Made by a program: the position numbers and the translations under genes. From a virus, in the IMG/VR virus record IMGVR_UViG_3300004184_000006, positions 1-64,000 of that record: a DNA stretch of 64,000 nucleotides; one strand, 5' to 3'. Below, piece after piece: positions 56,542-64,000 of the stretch (position 1 is the first letter of the stretch; every line of letters starts with the position of its first letter). The notes beneath the pieces were generated by a model that saw only the letters and a program-made list of their open reading frames with translations, made no database searches and had not been told where the DNA came from.

Positions 56542-57441
56542 ATGTTTTTCAAAAATCTAAGCGTGTTCAGATTAACTGAGCAGTTTGATCGCACTGCCGA
56601 TGAGCTGGCAGAAAAATTACAGGCATTCGCATTTAAGCCGTGCGGACCTCATGACGAAGTATCGGCGGGGTTTGTGCCTCCTGTTGGTAGTGAGTCACTG
56701 ATTCACTCAGTAAGCGACTACATGATGGTTTGCCTTAAAAAGCAAACCAAAGTGTTGCCGTCATCAGCAGTGACGGAGGCCTTTAGTGAAAGATTAAAAT
56801 CGCTTGAAGACGAACAAAAAAAGTTATCAGCAAAAGAGCGACGCGAGCTAAAGGATGAAGTTGTTTTTGAATTGCTCGCAAAGGCATTGACGACCTCAAA
56901 GCTTATTTATGCCTATATTGATGTAAATAGTGGTTTTATCGTCATTGACTCAGCATCCAGTGGCGTAACAGAGGACATACTTAGTATGTTACGCCGAAGC
57001 TTGGGGTCGCTGCCGTGTACAGCGTTAAATCCTGTTTTAAATCCGTCAGTGGTAATGACTGATTGGCTTAATGCAGGCACTTACCCTCAATTAGTTAATA
57101 TTGATATGGATGCGGTTTTCAAGTCAGTAGACGACGAAGATAAAAGCGTTATTAGATGCAAGCATCAGGAGATGTTCTGCGATGAAATTATTGGCCATTT
57201 AACTGCGGGCAAAATGGTTGCAAGCATTGCACTTACTTACAACGACCGCATGAGTTTCATGCTGGATGATACGCTGACCATTAAAAAACTGAAGTTTCTT
57301 GATGCTGTTTACGATGACGTATCGGTTGACGACATTGAAACACCTGAACAACGCTTTGATGCCGATTTTGCAATTATGACGGGGGAATTAACGCCACTTA
57401 TTAATGCAGTGATTAGCTGGTTTGGCGGCATCGTAGAATAG
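56542..57441 (+). CDS. rdgC: Recombination-associated protein RdgC
   Basis: MFFKNLSVFRL, FKPCG, KVLPSS, LRRSLGSLP, IKKLKF, FDADFAIMTGEL. Confidence 0.93.
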   Translation: MFFKNLSVFRLTEQFDRTADELAEKLQAFAFKPCGPHDEVSAGFVPPVGSESLIHSVSDYMMVCLKKQTKVLPSSAVTEAFSERLKSLEDEQKKLSAKERRELKDEVVFELLAKALTTSKLIYAYIDVNSGFIVIDSASSGVTEDILSMLRRSLGSLPCTALNPVLNPSVVMTDWLNAGTYPQLVNIDMDAVFKSVDDEDKSVIRCKHQEMFCDEIIGHLTAGKMVASIALTYNDRMSFMLDDTLTIKKLKFLDAVYDDVSVDDIETPEQRFDADFAIMTGELTPLINAVISWFGGIVE

Positions 57442-57482
57442 CCGCTAAATATACATGGTCGGCATATCCGACACAACACCAC

Positions 57483-57509
57483 AACCGCTGATAGCAAGGC
57501 GGTTTTTTT
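57483..57509 (+). terminator. Intrinsic terminator after rdgC
   Basis: AACCGC...GCGG-T7. Confidence 0.75.
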
Positions 57510-57525
57510 ATGTCTGGAGTTTTTT

Positions 57526-57642
57526 ATGCTTGGAAAAATTCACGGCTTCAAATTTTCACAACGCCGCCGCCGAAACCATATTTTAACGTGGCTTTCAACA
57601 CGGTCTTACCAATCAGATTTACACAGGGTGACTTATGAGTGA
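57526..57642 (+). CDS. 38-aa Arg-rich peptide (not in ORF track)
   Basis: GGAG SD; MLGKIHGFKFSQRRRRNHIL...; overlaps next ORF. Confidence 0.5.
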   Translation: MLGKIHGFKFSQRRRRNHILTWLSTRSYQSDLHRVTYE

Positions 57643-57787
57643 CATAAAACTAGATGAACATGAGCAGTCTTTATGCAAAGACGATCCAATTGATAACCCG
57701 ATTCCAGACTGTATTGTAATAGCAGCAATACTTATTCTTATCTCGGCTTTCATGTTTTTACCAATGGCAATATTCGGAGGTGAGTGA
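57635..57787 (+). CDS. 50-aa single-TM peptide (not in ORF track)
   Basis: ...CIVIAAILILISAFMFLPMAIFGGE; TGATG coupling. Confidence 0.55.
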   Translation: MSDIKLDEHEQSLCKDDPIDNPIPDCIVIAAILILISAFMFLPMAIFGGE

Positions 57788-57933
57788 TGTACCAAACCAT
57801 AGCAGAGCGCAAAAAATTGGCCATGCACTTAGCTGGTCTGGACCATAAAAACAACCCAGTGAAACATTATAGTCCGCCATATATTGAACGGATTATTTTC
57901 GTGTCATTGATAGCTTTGATTATTGCGTCATGA
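57787..57933 (+). CDS. 48-aa peptide with hydrophobic C-terminus (not in ORF track)
   Basis: GGAGG SD; ATGA overlap with 57930. Confidence 0.55.
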   Translation: MYQTIAERKKLAMHLAGLDHKNNPVKHYSPPYIERIIFVSLIALIIAS

Positions 57934-58919
57934 AACCGATTGAGCGGCCCGACGGTGAGAGACAAAAGGCAACGGGCTTTGATATTGCCAAGTTCAAGGC
58001 AGCAATGGCGGATAAGGGCATTCCAGTAAAAGAAGATTATTTAAGCAATGGCAAGGCGTACCGACTTGGGGAAATTGACCATAAAAACGGCGTGCTTCCA
58101 AGGTATCAAGATAATGCAAGTTACATGGATGGCTGGAATAGCTACGAGCCGATAATTATCGCGCGAACCGTAGGCGGTAAAAAAAAGCAATACTCGCTCG
58201 CAGAAGTCACTTATCACCATAAATTACCAGAATGGTATTCAAGCATTTCGGATGCCCTTTATTACTCACGGGTAACTGAAAACACTTTGTTTATTGACAG
58301 GATAAATGAGCATCACATAAAGCTTGGTACATTTGAAGAAAAAATAGCGCGTGATTCCCTGATTAAGCCCGATGTTAAGCGACTTTATCAGTCAACGATA
58401 GACGGCGGTATATCAACATCAACAGACGGCGGCATTACTTGGCTTAACGGCGGGGTTATGAGTTCGTCGCTCATTCCCGTTATTGAGCGTCGAATCGAAT
58501 ACCTTGCTGGCACTTCATATAGACGATGGATAACAGTCGGGCATAAGGCTACCGAGGCTGAGCTTAAAAAAGGCTCATTAACAAAACTAAAGCCGCCACC
58601 ACCCACAAAGCCCGCTGAGTTCAATGAGTTTGAGTGGTGGATTAGGCACATAAAAAGCAGCGAGCGAGCGGGAAACACGTTAGCACTATCAAAAAGAGTC
58701 GATGACTACCCTCAGGATGAGCAGGAATACCTGCTTAAAAAAAGCAGTTGCTTTAATGAGTGGGAGCTTGAACAGCTACACGCCAATAGAGAGCTTTATT
58801 ATAGCGACTATGGCGAGGTTATTGGATGGCGATGCCCCTGCTATTACGCAAGGCTTTCAGCACACCAAAAAGCAGTTAAACAATACGAAAAGGCCCTTGA
58901 AAAGTGGGCAAAACTTTAA
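57930..58919 (+). CDS. Hypothetical protein
   Basis: 329-aa ORF, no motif recognised. Confidence 0.7.
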   Translation: MKPIERPDGERQKATGFDIAKFKAAMADKGIPVKEDYLSNGKAYRLGEIDHKNGVLPRYQDNASYMDGWNSYEPIIIARTVGGKKKQYSLAEVTYHHKLPEWYSSISDALYYSRVTENTLFIDRINEHHIKLGTFEEKIARDSLIKPDVKRLYQSTIDGGISTSTDGGITWLNGGVMSSSLIPVIERRIEYLAGTSYRRWITVGHKATEAELKKGSLTKLKPPPPTKPAEFNEFEWWIRHIKSSERAGNTLALSKRVDDYPQDEQEYLLKKSSCFNEWELEQLHANRELYYSDYGEVIGWRCPCYYARLSAHQKAVKQYEKALEKWAKL

Positions 58920-58934
58920 ATTTAGGAGTTAGTT

Positions 58935-60188
58935 ATGTCAGCAGTAATGAAACAACAACAGCAACAACAAGCAACCGCGCTTGCACCGTTAGAATCATTA
59001 AAGCGGTCCCTGTTCCCGCAAATTAAAGCTCTCGTCCCTGATGATGAGGCTATGGCAAAGTCACTATTTGCATCCGCTGTGCGCCTTGCCAGTGACCCAA
59101 AAATCATGGCGTGTACGCAAAACAGTATTATCAATTGCTTTACCCGCGCCATTGACCTTGATTTAAACCTAGACCCTGCCTATGGCGAGGTTTATTTCAT
59201 CCCTTACAAAGACTGGCGTGACGGTAGCGTAACAGAGCTAACCGTACAGCTTGGTGCAAAAGGTCTGGCAGCTATGGCGCAAAGTCTTGGCGGCTGGCAA
59301 ATACAGATTATTCCCGTGTTCAACTGTGACACTTACGAGGTTAAAAAAGTATTTAAAAATGGATGGATGGAAACGGAAACCACCCTTGAATTTAACGAAG
59401 CAGAGCGTGAGCTGCACATACATGACCAAGCATGGGTTCACTTGAACCTGCGGGCCATTGTCGCCACCGCACGGCGCAAAGAAAATGGTGAGTGGGTAAC
59501 AATCAGTCTTGAGCCAGCGATTACACGGAATGAAATTGAACGTCGTCGCATGATGTCAAATAATCAAAAGTCATACCCAAAAATGGAAGCTGGTAAAAGG
59601 GCCAGACTAGAGAGCGGTCTGCCCATAGGCGTATGGCAAGATCATTATCTGGCGATGGCAGAAAAAACCGCATTAGCGGCAATGGCCAGAAAACTGCCGA
59701 AAAATAAAGGCACTGAAAAACTGTTGAATACGCTTAATAGCGATGCAATTGACTCTACATCAACCGTTATTGATGACAGGCAGGTTGCTTTGCCAGTCCC
59801 TGCGAATCAAGACAAACCCATCGAGCATCTTATTCCTGCTCCTGAACCTGCACCTGCACCTGATTCAGTACAAGATCACTCTTCACGCGACGAAATGGCC
59901 GATGATGCTGAATTTACCGATGTGCAGAACTTTGACAGCCCTGTCAATGTTGACATTGAAACGGGTGAGATACTTGCTCAGTCGGGCGGTGAAAAAACCG
60001 CCGATGATGTGGCCAATGAGGTTATAAGCAAGCCGCTAATCACATTTACCGAAGAAAAATACCTCAAAGGCGCGTTGGCTGCCTGCAAAAACAACAAGCA
60101 GTTGACAGAGCTTTGGGAAACGGTCCCCGCCGAACTGCAACAAAAGTACCAAGAGCAGTTTAACGAACGCCAGGACTTGATGCGCTAG
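58935..60188 (+). CDS. recT: RecT-like single-strand annealing protein
   Basis: SIINC...LDL.LDP..GEVYFIPY...QLGAKG; W..HY.AMAEKTAL...RKLPK. Confidence 0.8.
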   Translation: MSAVMKQQQQQQATALAPLESLKRSLFPQIKALVPDDEAMAKSLFASAVRLASDPKIMACTQNSIINCFTRAIDLDLNLDPAYGEVYFIPYKDWRDGSVTELTVQLGAKGLAAMAQSLGGWQIQIIPVFNCDTYEVKKVFKNGWMETETTLEFNEAERELHIHDQAWVHLNLRAIVATARRKENGEWVTISLEPAITRNEIERRRMMSNNQKSYPKMEAGKRARLESGLPIGVWQDHYLAMAEKTALAAMARKLPKNKGTEKLLNTLNSDAIDSTSTVIDDRQVALPVPANQDKPIEHLIPAPEPAPAPDSVQDHSSRDEMADDAEFTDVQNFDSPVNVDIETGEILAQSGGEKTADDVANEVISKPLITFTEEKYLKGALAACKNNKQLTELWETVPAELQQKYQEQFNERQDLMR

Positions 60189-60237
60189 TTAATTGACCTA
60201 ATCAGCCCGCAGACGCGGGCGCAACCAAGGTAATGCA

Positions 60238-60444
60238 ATGGGTAAAAAAATAATCATTCACTCATGTGAAAATCAAGCTGAAATGCTTGATATTGCCAAG
60301 AACTATATTGGTGATAATCCTGTCGTGCAGTGCAAAAGCAATGGGTATCATGGATTGGTAGCAATAATGCGTAATAACAAGTATGTGGGCAGTGTTCAGG
60401 AGTCCAGTGTATCAATTATTTTTAAAGGTATTGAAAATGGATAA
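60238..60444 (+). CDS. Hypothetical protein
   Basis: 68 aa with AAGG SD. Confidence 0.55.
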   Translation: MGKKIIIHSCENQAEMLDIAKNYIGDNPVVQCKSNGYHGLVAIMRNNKYVGSVQESSVSIIFKGIENG

Positions 60445-61477
60445 TAACAACCAAATTGCTGAATACAGCAAAACTGAAGCTGAATTGAGCGCGTTGCGAG
60501 AAGTTTGCGCGACAACGGTATTCGATGTCAAAACACCTTCTGGTATGAAGCAAGCTGTAAGTTTACGCGCTAAGGTGCGTGGACTAAGAACAAGTGTTGA
60601 AAAGTTACGCAAAGAAACTAAAGCTCCTGTTTTGGCTCTTGGAAAGCTTATTGATAGCGAAGCCAATAGAATAACTAACGCGCTTTTCGATTTAGAAAAG
60701 CCAATTGATGGTGCTATAAAAGCAGAGGAATCGCGCAAGGCGGAAGAAAAAAAGATTGAAGCTGAACGGGAGGCCAAGGTTCAAGAATGGTTTGATTCTA
60801 TTAATCAGATACCAATTTGCTACATAGGCGTTTCATCACTGCTAATTAAAGAAAAAATTGAATGGCTTAGCGGCAATGACGACCTACATCCTGATTTGTT
60901 TAAATCTCGACTTAATGAGGCAAAAGCAGCAATACTATCAATCATCGAAAAGCTAACGGTTATGCTGCATTTTGCCGAGAAAGGCGAAAATGATAGAGCC
61001 GAACTTGCCGAAAAAACCAAACAGCTTGATGAGCTGAGTGTTAAGCCCGATCCAGTCCATGAATCAACGGTATCAGTTGATAGTGTTACCAAACCAGCGA
61101 TTGTTAGCAATGACGATTATCAAGATACGATGTTCGGCCTGTCAAATAGCCAGCTAACGTTTATCAGTACCATTCAAAACTCCAGTGATGTTGCGGTTCG
61201 TAACATACGACGCATGGCAGGTGAATTACTTGCATTGCGAACTTCTTATGAGCATCTTTTATGGCTAACCACATCAAGGCCGATTGAGACAGCCCCAAGG
61301 CACGGTAAAAACATCCTGTTATCAAATGGCAGAATATGGAAACAGGGCTATCACCATGATAGCGACGGCTGGATAGGCGTTGATAAACCTACCCACTGGC
61401 AACCACTGCCAAACACACCAATGCCTCAGGCTGAGGAATCTAACTTAAAAATCGCGGATGACGCGCTAGGAATGTAA
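60437..61477 (+). CDS. Coiled-coil phage protein with C-terminal DUF551-like segment
   Basis: RPIETAP...PTHWQPLP; start placed at MDNNN. Confidence 0.65.
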   Translation: MDNNNQIAEYSKTEAELSALREVCATTVFDVKTPSGMKQAVSLRAKVRGLRTSVEKLRKETKAPVLALGKLIDSEANRITNALFDLEKPIDGAIKAEESRKAEEKKIEAEREAKVQEWFDSINQIPICYIGVSSLLIKEKIEWLSGNDDLHPDLFKSRLNEAKAAILSIIEKLTVMLHFAEKGENDRAELAEKTKQLDELSVKPDPVHESTVSVDSVTKPAIVSNDDYQDTMFGLSNSQLTFISTIQNSSDVAVRNIRRMAGELLALRTSYEHLLWLTTSRPIETAPRHGKNILLSNGRIWKQGYHHDSDGWIGVDKPTHWQPLPNTPMPQAEESNLKIADDALGM

Positions 61478-61714
61478 ATGACTGTACACAGAGATATACC
61501 AGAAGTGATTGAAAGATGTAAAGAAAGCACATCGGTTTTGGCAATTTTCCAAGCACCAGAACCACATAAGTTTAATGTACTGTTTGCTGATACCGTGCAA
61601 ACAACAAAAGACATTAAAGCTGGTCATGACGATAGAGGCAATAAGCTGATTTGTATCGTTAATGTGGGTGATGGCATGGCTGAGTTGGCCGAAAAATTGA
61701 AGGCAGAGATATGA
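61478..61714 (+). CDS. Hypothetical protein
   Basis: Coupled chain. Confidence 0.55.
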   Translation: MTVHRDIPEVIERCKESTSVLAIFQAPEPHKFNVLFADTVQTTKDIKAGHDDRGNKLICIVNVGDGMAELAEKLKAEI

Positions 61715-62139
61715 GCAATGTCTTTAGTTTTACAGGCCGCGTAGGTCGTGACGCGGAGGTGAGGTATATCCCGTCAGGTGCGGCTGTTTTGAATGTGAAC
61801 GTAGCACATGATGTTGGTTATGGCGATAGAGCGCAGACGATATGGGTAGAGTGCGCGGTATGGGGTAAGCGTGCCGAAGGGCAGCTTGTAACGTACCTTA
61901 AAAAAGGTCAGCAGGTTTTTGTCTCAGGGGAATTGTCACAAAGCACATACAAGGCCAATGATGGCACTGAAAAAACCAAGCTGGTTTTAAATGCCAATAT
62001 CCTTGATCTGGTCGGCAGCAATGCGCCGCAATCACAAGCCGCGCCGCAATCACAGCACCATACTGATAGAACCCCATCGCCTAATGCACCACCAAGAGAT
62101 AATTTTGATGAGCCATTTGATGGCGATATGCCATTTTAG
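61711..62139 (+). CDS. ssb: Single-stranded DNA-binding protein
   Basis: GRVGRDAEVRY, VWGKRAE, YLKKGQQVFVSGEL, acidic tail DGDMPF. Confidence 0.93.
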   Translation: MSNVFSFTGRVGRDAEVRYIPSGAAVLNVNVAHDVGYGDRAQTIWVECAVWGKRAEGQLVTYLKKGQQVFVSGELSQSTYKANDGTEKTKLVLNANILDLVGSNAPQSQAAPQSQHHTDRTPSPNAPPRDNFDEPFDGDMPF

Positions 62140-62177
62140 GAGTCAGTTGTTAAGTAATCCTTAACAACTCAACAACC

Positions 62178-62202
62178 AAGCCCTGCTAGTCGGGGCTTTT
62201 TT
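62178..62202 (+). terminator. Intrinsic terminator before xis
   Basis: AAGCCCTG-ctagt-CGGGGC-T6. Confidence 0.7.
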
Positions 62203-62532
62203 ATGTCAAACAAGAGGCAATTTATGGCTGAATCGCTAACAACAAAGCAAGCCGCCAAATTTTTGGGCTGTCACGAAGACACAGTTTATAAGCTGGTTCG
62301 TGAGGGTAAAATTAAGGCCTGCAATATCGGGCGTGGGTATCGTTTTTTAATAGATGACCTAAAAGCGCAATTTGATTATGCTATCAACGGCGATAACAGC
62401 AACGTGGTTGATTTTGGTAAACGCAAACTGGAGGATAAAAAATGCCAATCTATCAACGCGGGGAAACGTGGTGTCTCGACTATACCGACGCAAGCGGGAG
62501 GCGAGTACGCGAGTCTGCTGGGACTAAAATAA
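62203..62532 (+). CDS. xis: Excisionase (HTH_17)
   Basis: LTTKQAAKFLGCHEDTVYKLVREGKI...IGRGYRF; overlaps int start. Confidence 0.82.
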   Translation: MSNKRQFMAESLTTKQAAKFLGCHEDTVYKLVREGKIKACNIGRGYRFLIDDLKAQFDYAINGDNSNVVDFGKRKLEDKKCQSINAGKRGVSTIPTQAGGEYASLLGLK

Positions 62533-63470
62533 AAAAAGAAGCACAAGAGTTACTCAATAAAAAAGTAGCTCAGGTGTTTGAAGAAAAGCGGCTAGGCATA
62601 ATAACCAAGCCGCGTTACACATGGCAAGAGGCGGTTGTTCGGTGGCTATCTGAACAATCGCACAAGAAAAGTATTCACGAAGATAAAAACCATTTGCGTT
62701 GGCTTCATCCACATTTGCATGATACCAAACTGGACGAAATCAATAAAACCATGATTGATAATATCAGGCTTGCCAAGCTGCAAACAGGCGTAGCGAATGC
62801 GACTGTTAATAGAATGCTGGCGGTTTTGAGGTCGATATTGAACAGGGCTAAGGATGACTGGGAGTGGTTAGATAACACGCCACGCATTAAGGCAATGCCG
62901 ATTAAATCAGATCGGGTTCGGTGGCTAACTAGGGCGGAAGCTGAAAGGCTTATGAGTGAGTTGCCTCCACACCTTGAGGCAATGGCGCGGTTCACCCTTG
63001 AAACGGGGCTGCGTGAATCTAACGTGGTCAACTTGCAACGCTCACAGATTGACATGATTAGGCGGTGTGCGTGGATTCATGCTGAAAACTCAAAGAGTGG
63101 CAAGGCGATACCCGTCGCACTAAGTAAAGAAGCCTATCGCATAGTCAGTGAGCAATTGTCGGTAAATGAAACCTATGTGTTCACCTACGAAAATCACCCC
63201 GTTACCCGCGCCAATAATCACGCATGGCGTAAGGCACTAATCAGGGCGGGTATTAAAGATTTTCGCTGGCACGATTTAAGGCATACATGGGCTAGTTGGC
63301 ACGTTCAGAATGGCACGCCGTTGAATGTGCTTAAAGAGTTAGGAGGGTGGTCTGATTTATCCATCGTCATGCGTTACGCGCATTTATCCAGTGAGCATTT
63401 ATCGGGTTATGCGGACAATGCAGGTGGGCTATGTGTCACAAATCCGTCACAGTCTGCAAAAAAGGCGTAA
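62442..63470 (+). CDS. int: Tyrosine integrase
   Basis: TGLR, K, FRWHDLRHTWAS, LGGWS, RYAHL catalytic motifs. Confidence 0.95.
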   Translation: MPIYQRGETWCLDYTDASGRRVRESAGTKIKKEAQELLNKKVAQVFEEKRLGIITKPRYTWQEAVVRWLSEQSHKKSIHEDKNHLRWLHPHLHDTKLDEINKTMIDNIRLAKLQTGVANATVNRMLAVLRSILNRAKDDWEWLDNTPRIKAMPIKSDRVRWLTRAEAERLMSELPPHLEAMARFTLETGLRESNVVNLQRSQIDMIRRCAWIHAENSKSGKAIPVALSKEAYRIVSEQLSVNETYVFTYENHPVTRANNHAWRKALIRAGIKDFRWHDLRHTWASWHVQNGTPLNVLKELGGWSDLSIVMRYAHLSSEHLSGYADNAGGLCVTNPSQSAKKA

Positions 63471-63675
63471 ATCGTTTTTGTAAGTGCATGATTTTTAAAG
63501 CCGATGGGCGGAATCGAACCGCCGACCCACACATTACGAATCTTATACTTATTAAATTAACATAACATAATCAATAACTTGCGGTTATCGCCATTCCTGC
63601 AAACCCGTCACAAGCCGACACAACACGATACGACCATAATGCAACCCTACGACACTGTGTCACAAATTTGTCACA
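63432..63675. repeat. Integrase arm-type repeats and IHF site flanking the att core
   Basis: TGTGTCACAAATCCGTCACA (63432-63451), CCGTCACA (63605), TGTGTCACAAATTTGTCACA (63656-63675); AATCAATAACTTG (63569-63581) fits the IHF consensus WATCAANNNNTTR. Confidence 0.75.
63499..63541 (-). other. att core: 3' half of tRNA-Thr(CGT)
   Basis: ATTCGTAATGTGTGGGTCGGCGGTTCGATTCCGCCCATCGGCT = anticodon loop CGT, T-arm and acceptor 3' strand; 5' half absent. Confidence 0.88.
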
Positions 63676-63734
63676 CCTAAGATTATTTAGTTTATGGCTC
63701 GCGTGAGTCATAAAGAAAATTATTTTAACCAACG

Positions 63735-63757
63735 AACCCGCTATATGCGGGTTTTTT
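63735..63757 (+). terminator. Terminator downstream of int across att
   Basis: AACCCGC-tatat-GCGGG-T6. Confidence 0.75.
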
Positions 63758-63776
63758 ATTGAGCATAGGAAAGAGA

Positions 63777-64000
63777 ATGACATTTCAGGCAATTGTTAGA
63801 GAAAGAGAGGATGGCGATTTTGATGTTATTGCTGCAATACAAGTAAGTGGCTTGCAAGATGAGCTAAATTACATCCCTACCCAGTGGGCGAATGAGATTA
63901 TCGAGTACATGAATAAATGCGCTCCAAATGAAACATTTTCCACGCTTGAACTTGAAAATGTGACGGATGTTATTGAGGGCGACTTAACGGGTATTAATGA
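63777..64000 (+). CDS. Acidic hypothetical protein (runs off the window)
   Basis: AGGA SD; open frame MTFQAIVREREDGDFDV... to the edge. Confidence 0.5.
   Translation, partial: MTFQAIVREREDGDFDVIAAIQVSGLQDELNYIPTQWANEIIEYMNKCAPNETFSTLELENVTDVIEGDLTGIN

Larger units (their letters stand above)
1..64000. mobile_element. Temperate phage genome segment: P1-like morphogenesis and Dar genes plus lambdoid immunity, replication and integration region
   Basis: Continuous phage gene content from tail fibre (1) to integrase/att (63.5 kb); no housekeeping host genes seen. Confidence 0.95.

Noticed and set aside
63499-63541. Functional tRNA-Thr gene
   Set aside because: D-arm and 5' acceptor strand are missing; it is an att core
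48000-64000. P1-type plasmid replicon (repA, parAB, cre/lox)
   Set aside because: None recognised; replication and maintenance genes are lambdoid, with an integrase and tRNA att

Overview
The whole window is one temperate-phage genome segment; no host genes are recognisable. The left ~48 kb (minus strand) encodes a contractile-tailed virion whose proteins resemble phage P1: terminase, capsid, sheath, tube, baseplate, tape measure with tail lysozyme, portal and tail fibre. It also carries a P1-type Dar anti-restriction set (hdf, an enlarged darA, ddrA-like, darB with a class-3 intein, ulx). The right ~16 kb is lambda-like rather than P1-plasmid-like: O/P-type replication genes, cro/cI with six operators, rdgC, recT, ssb, xis/int, and a tRNA-Thr(CGT) att core flanked on both sides by arm repeats, i.e. 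an attP configuration. The strongest unannotated signal is seven minus-strand late promoters with the invariant layout (G/T)AAAAACCC-N25-(-10 box). In six of them the -10 box overlaps the 5' arm of a hairpin that covers the downstream translation-initiation region; the seventh looks leaderless. Other signals: a C4-type antisense RNA in front of two secreted proteins, a structured leader upstream of the antirepressor, a 23-aa S-x-Q-x-Q repeat protein, and a 39-aa lipoprotein missed by the ORF track. All protein family calls come from motif recognition and recall, not from database searches.
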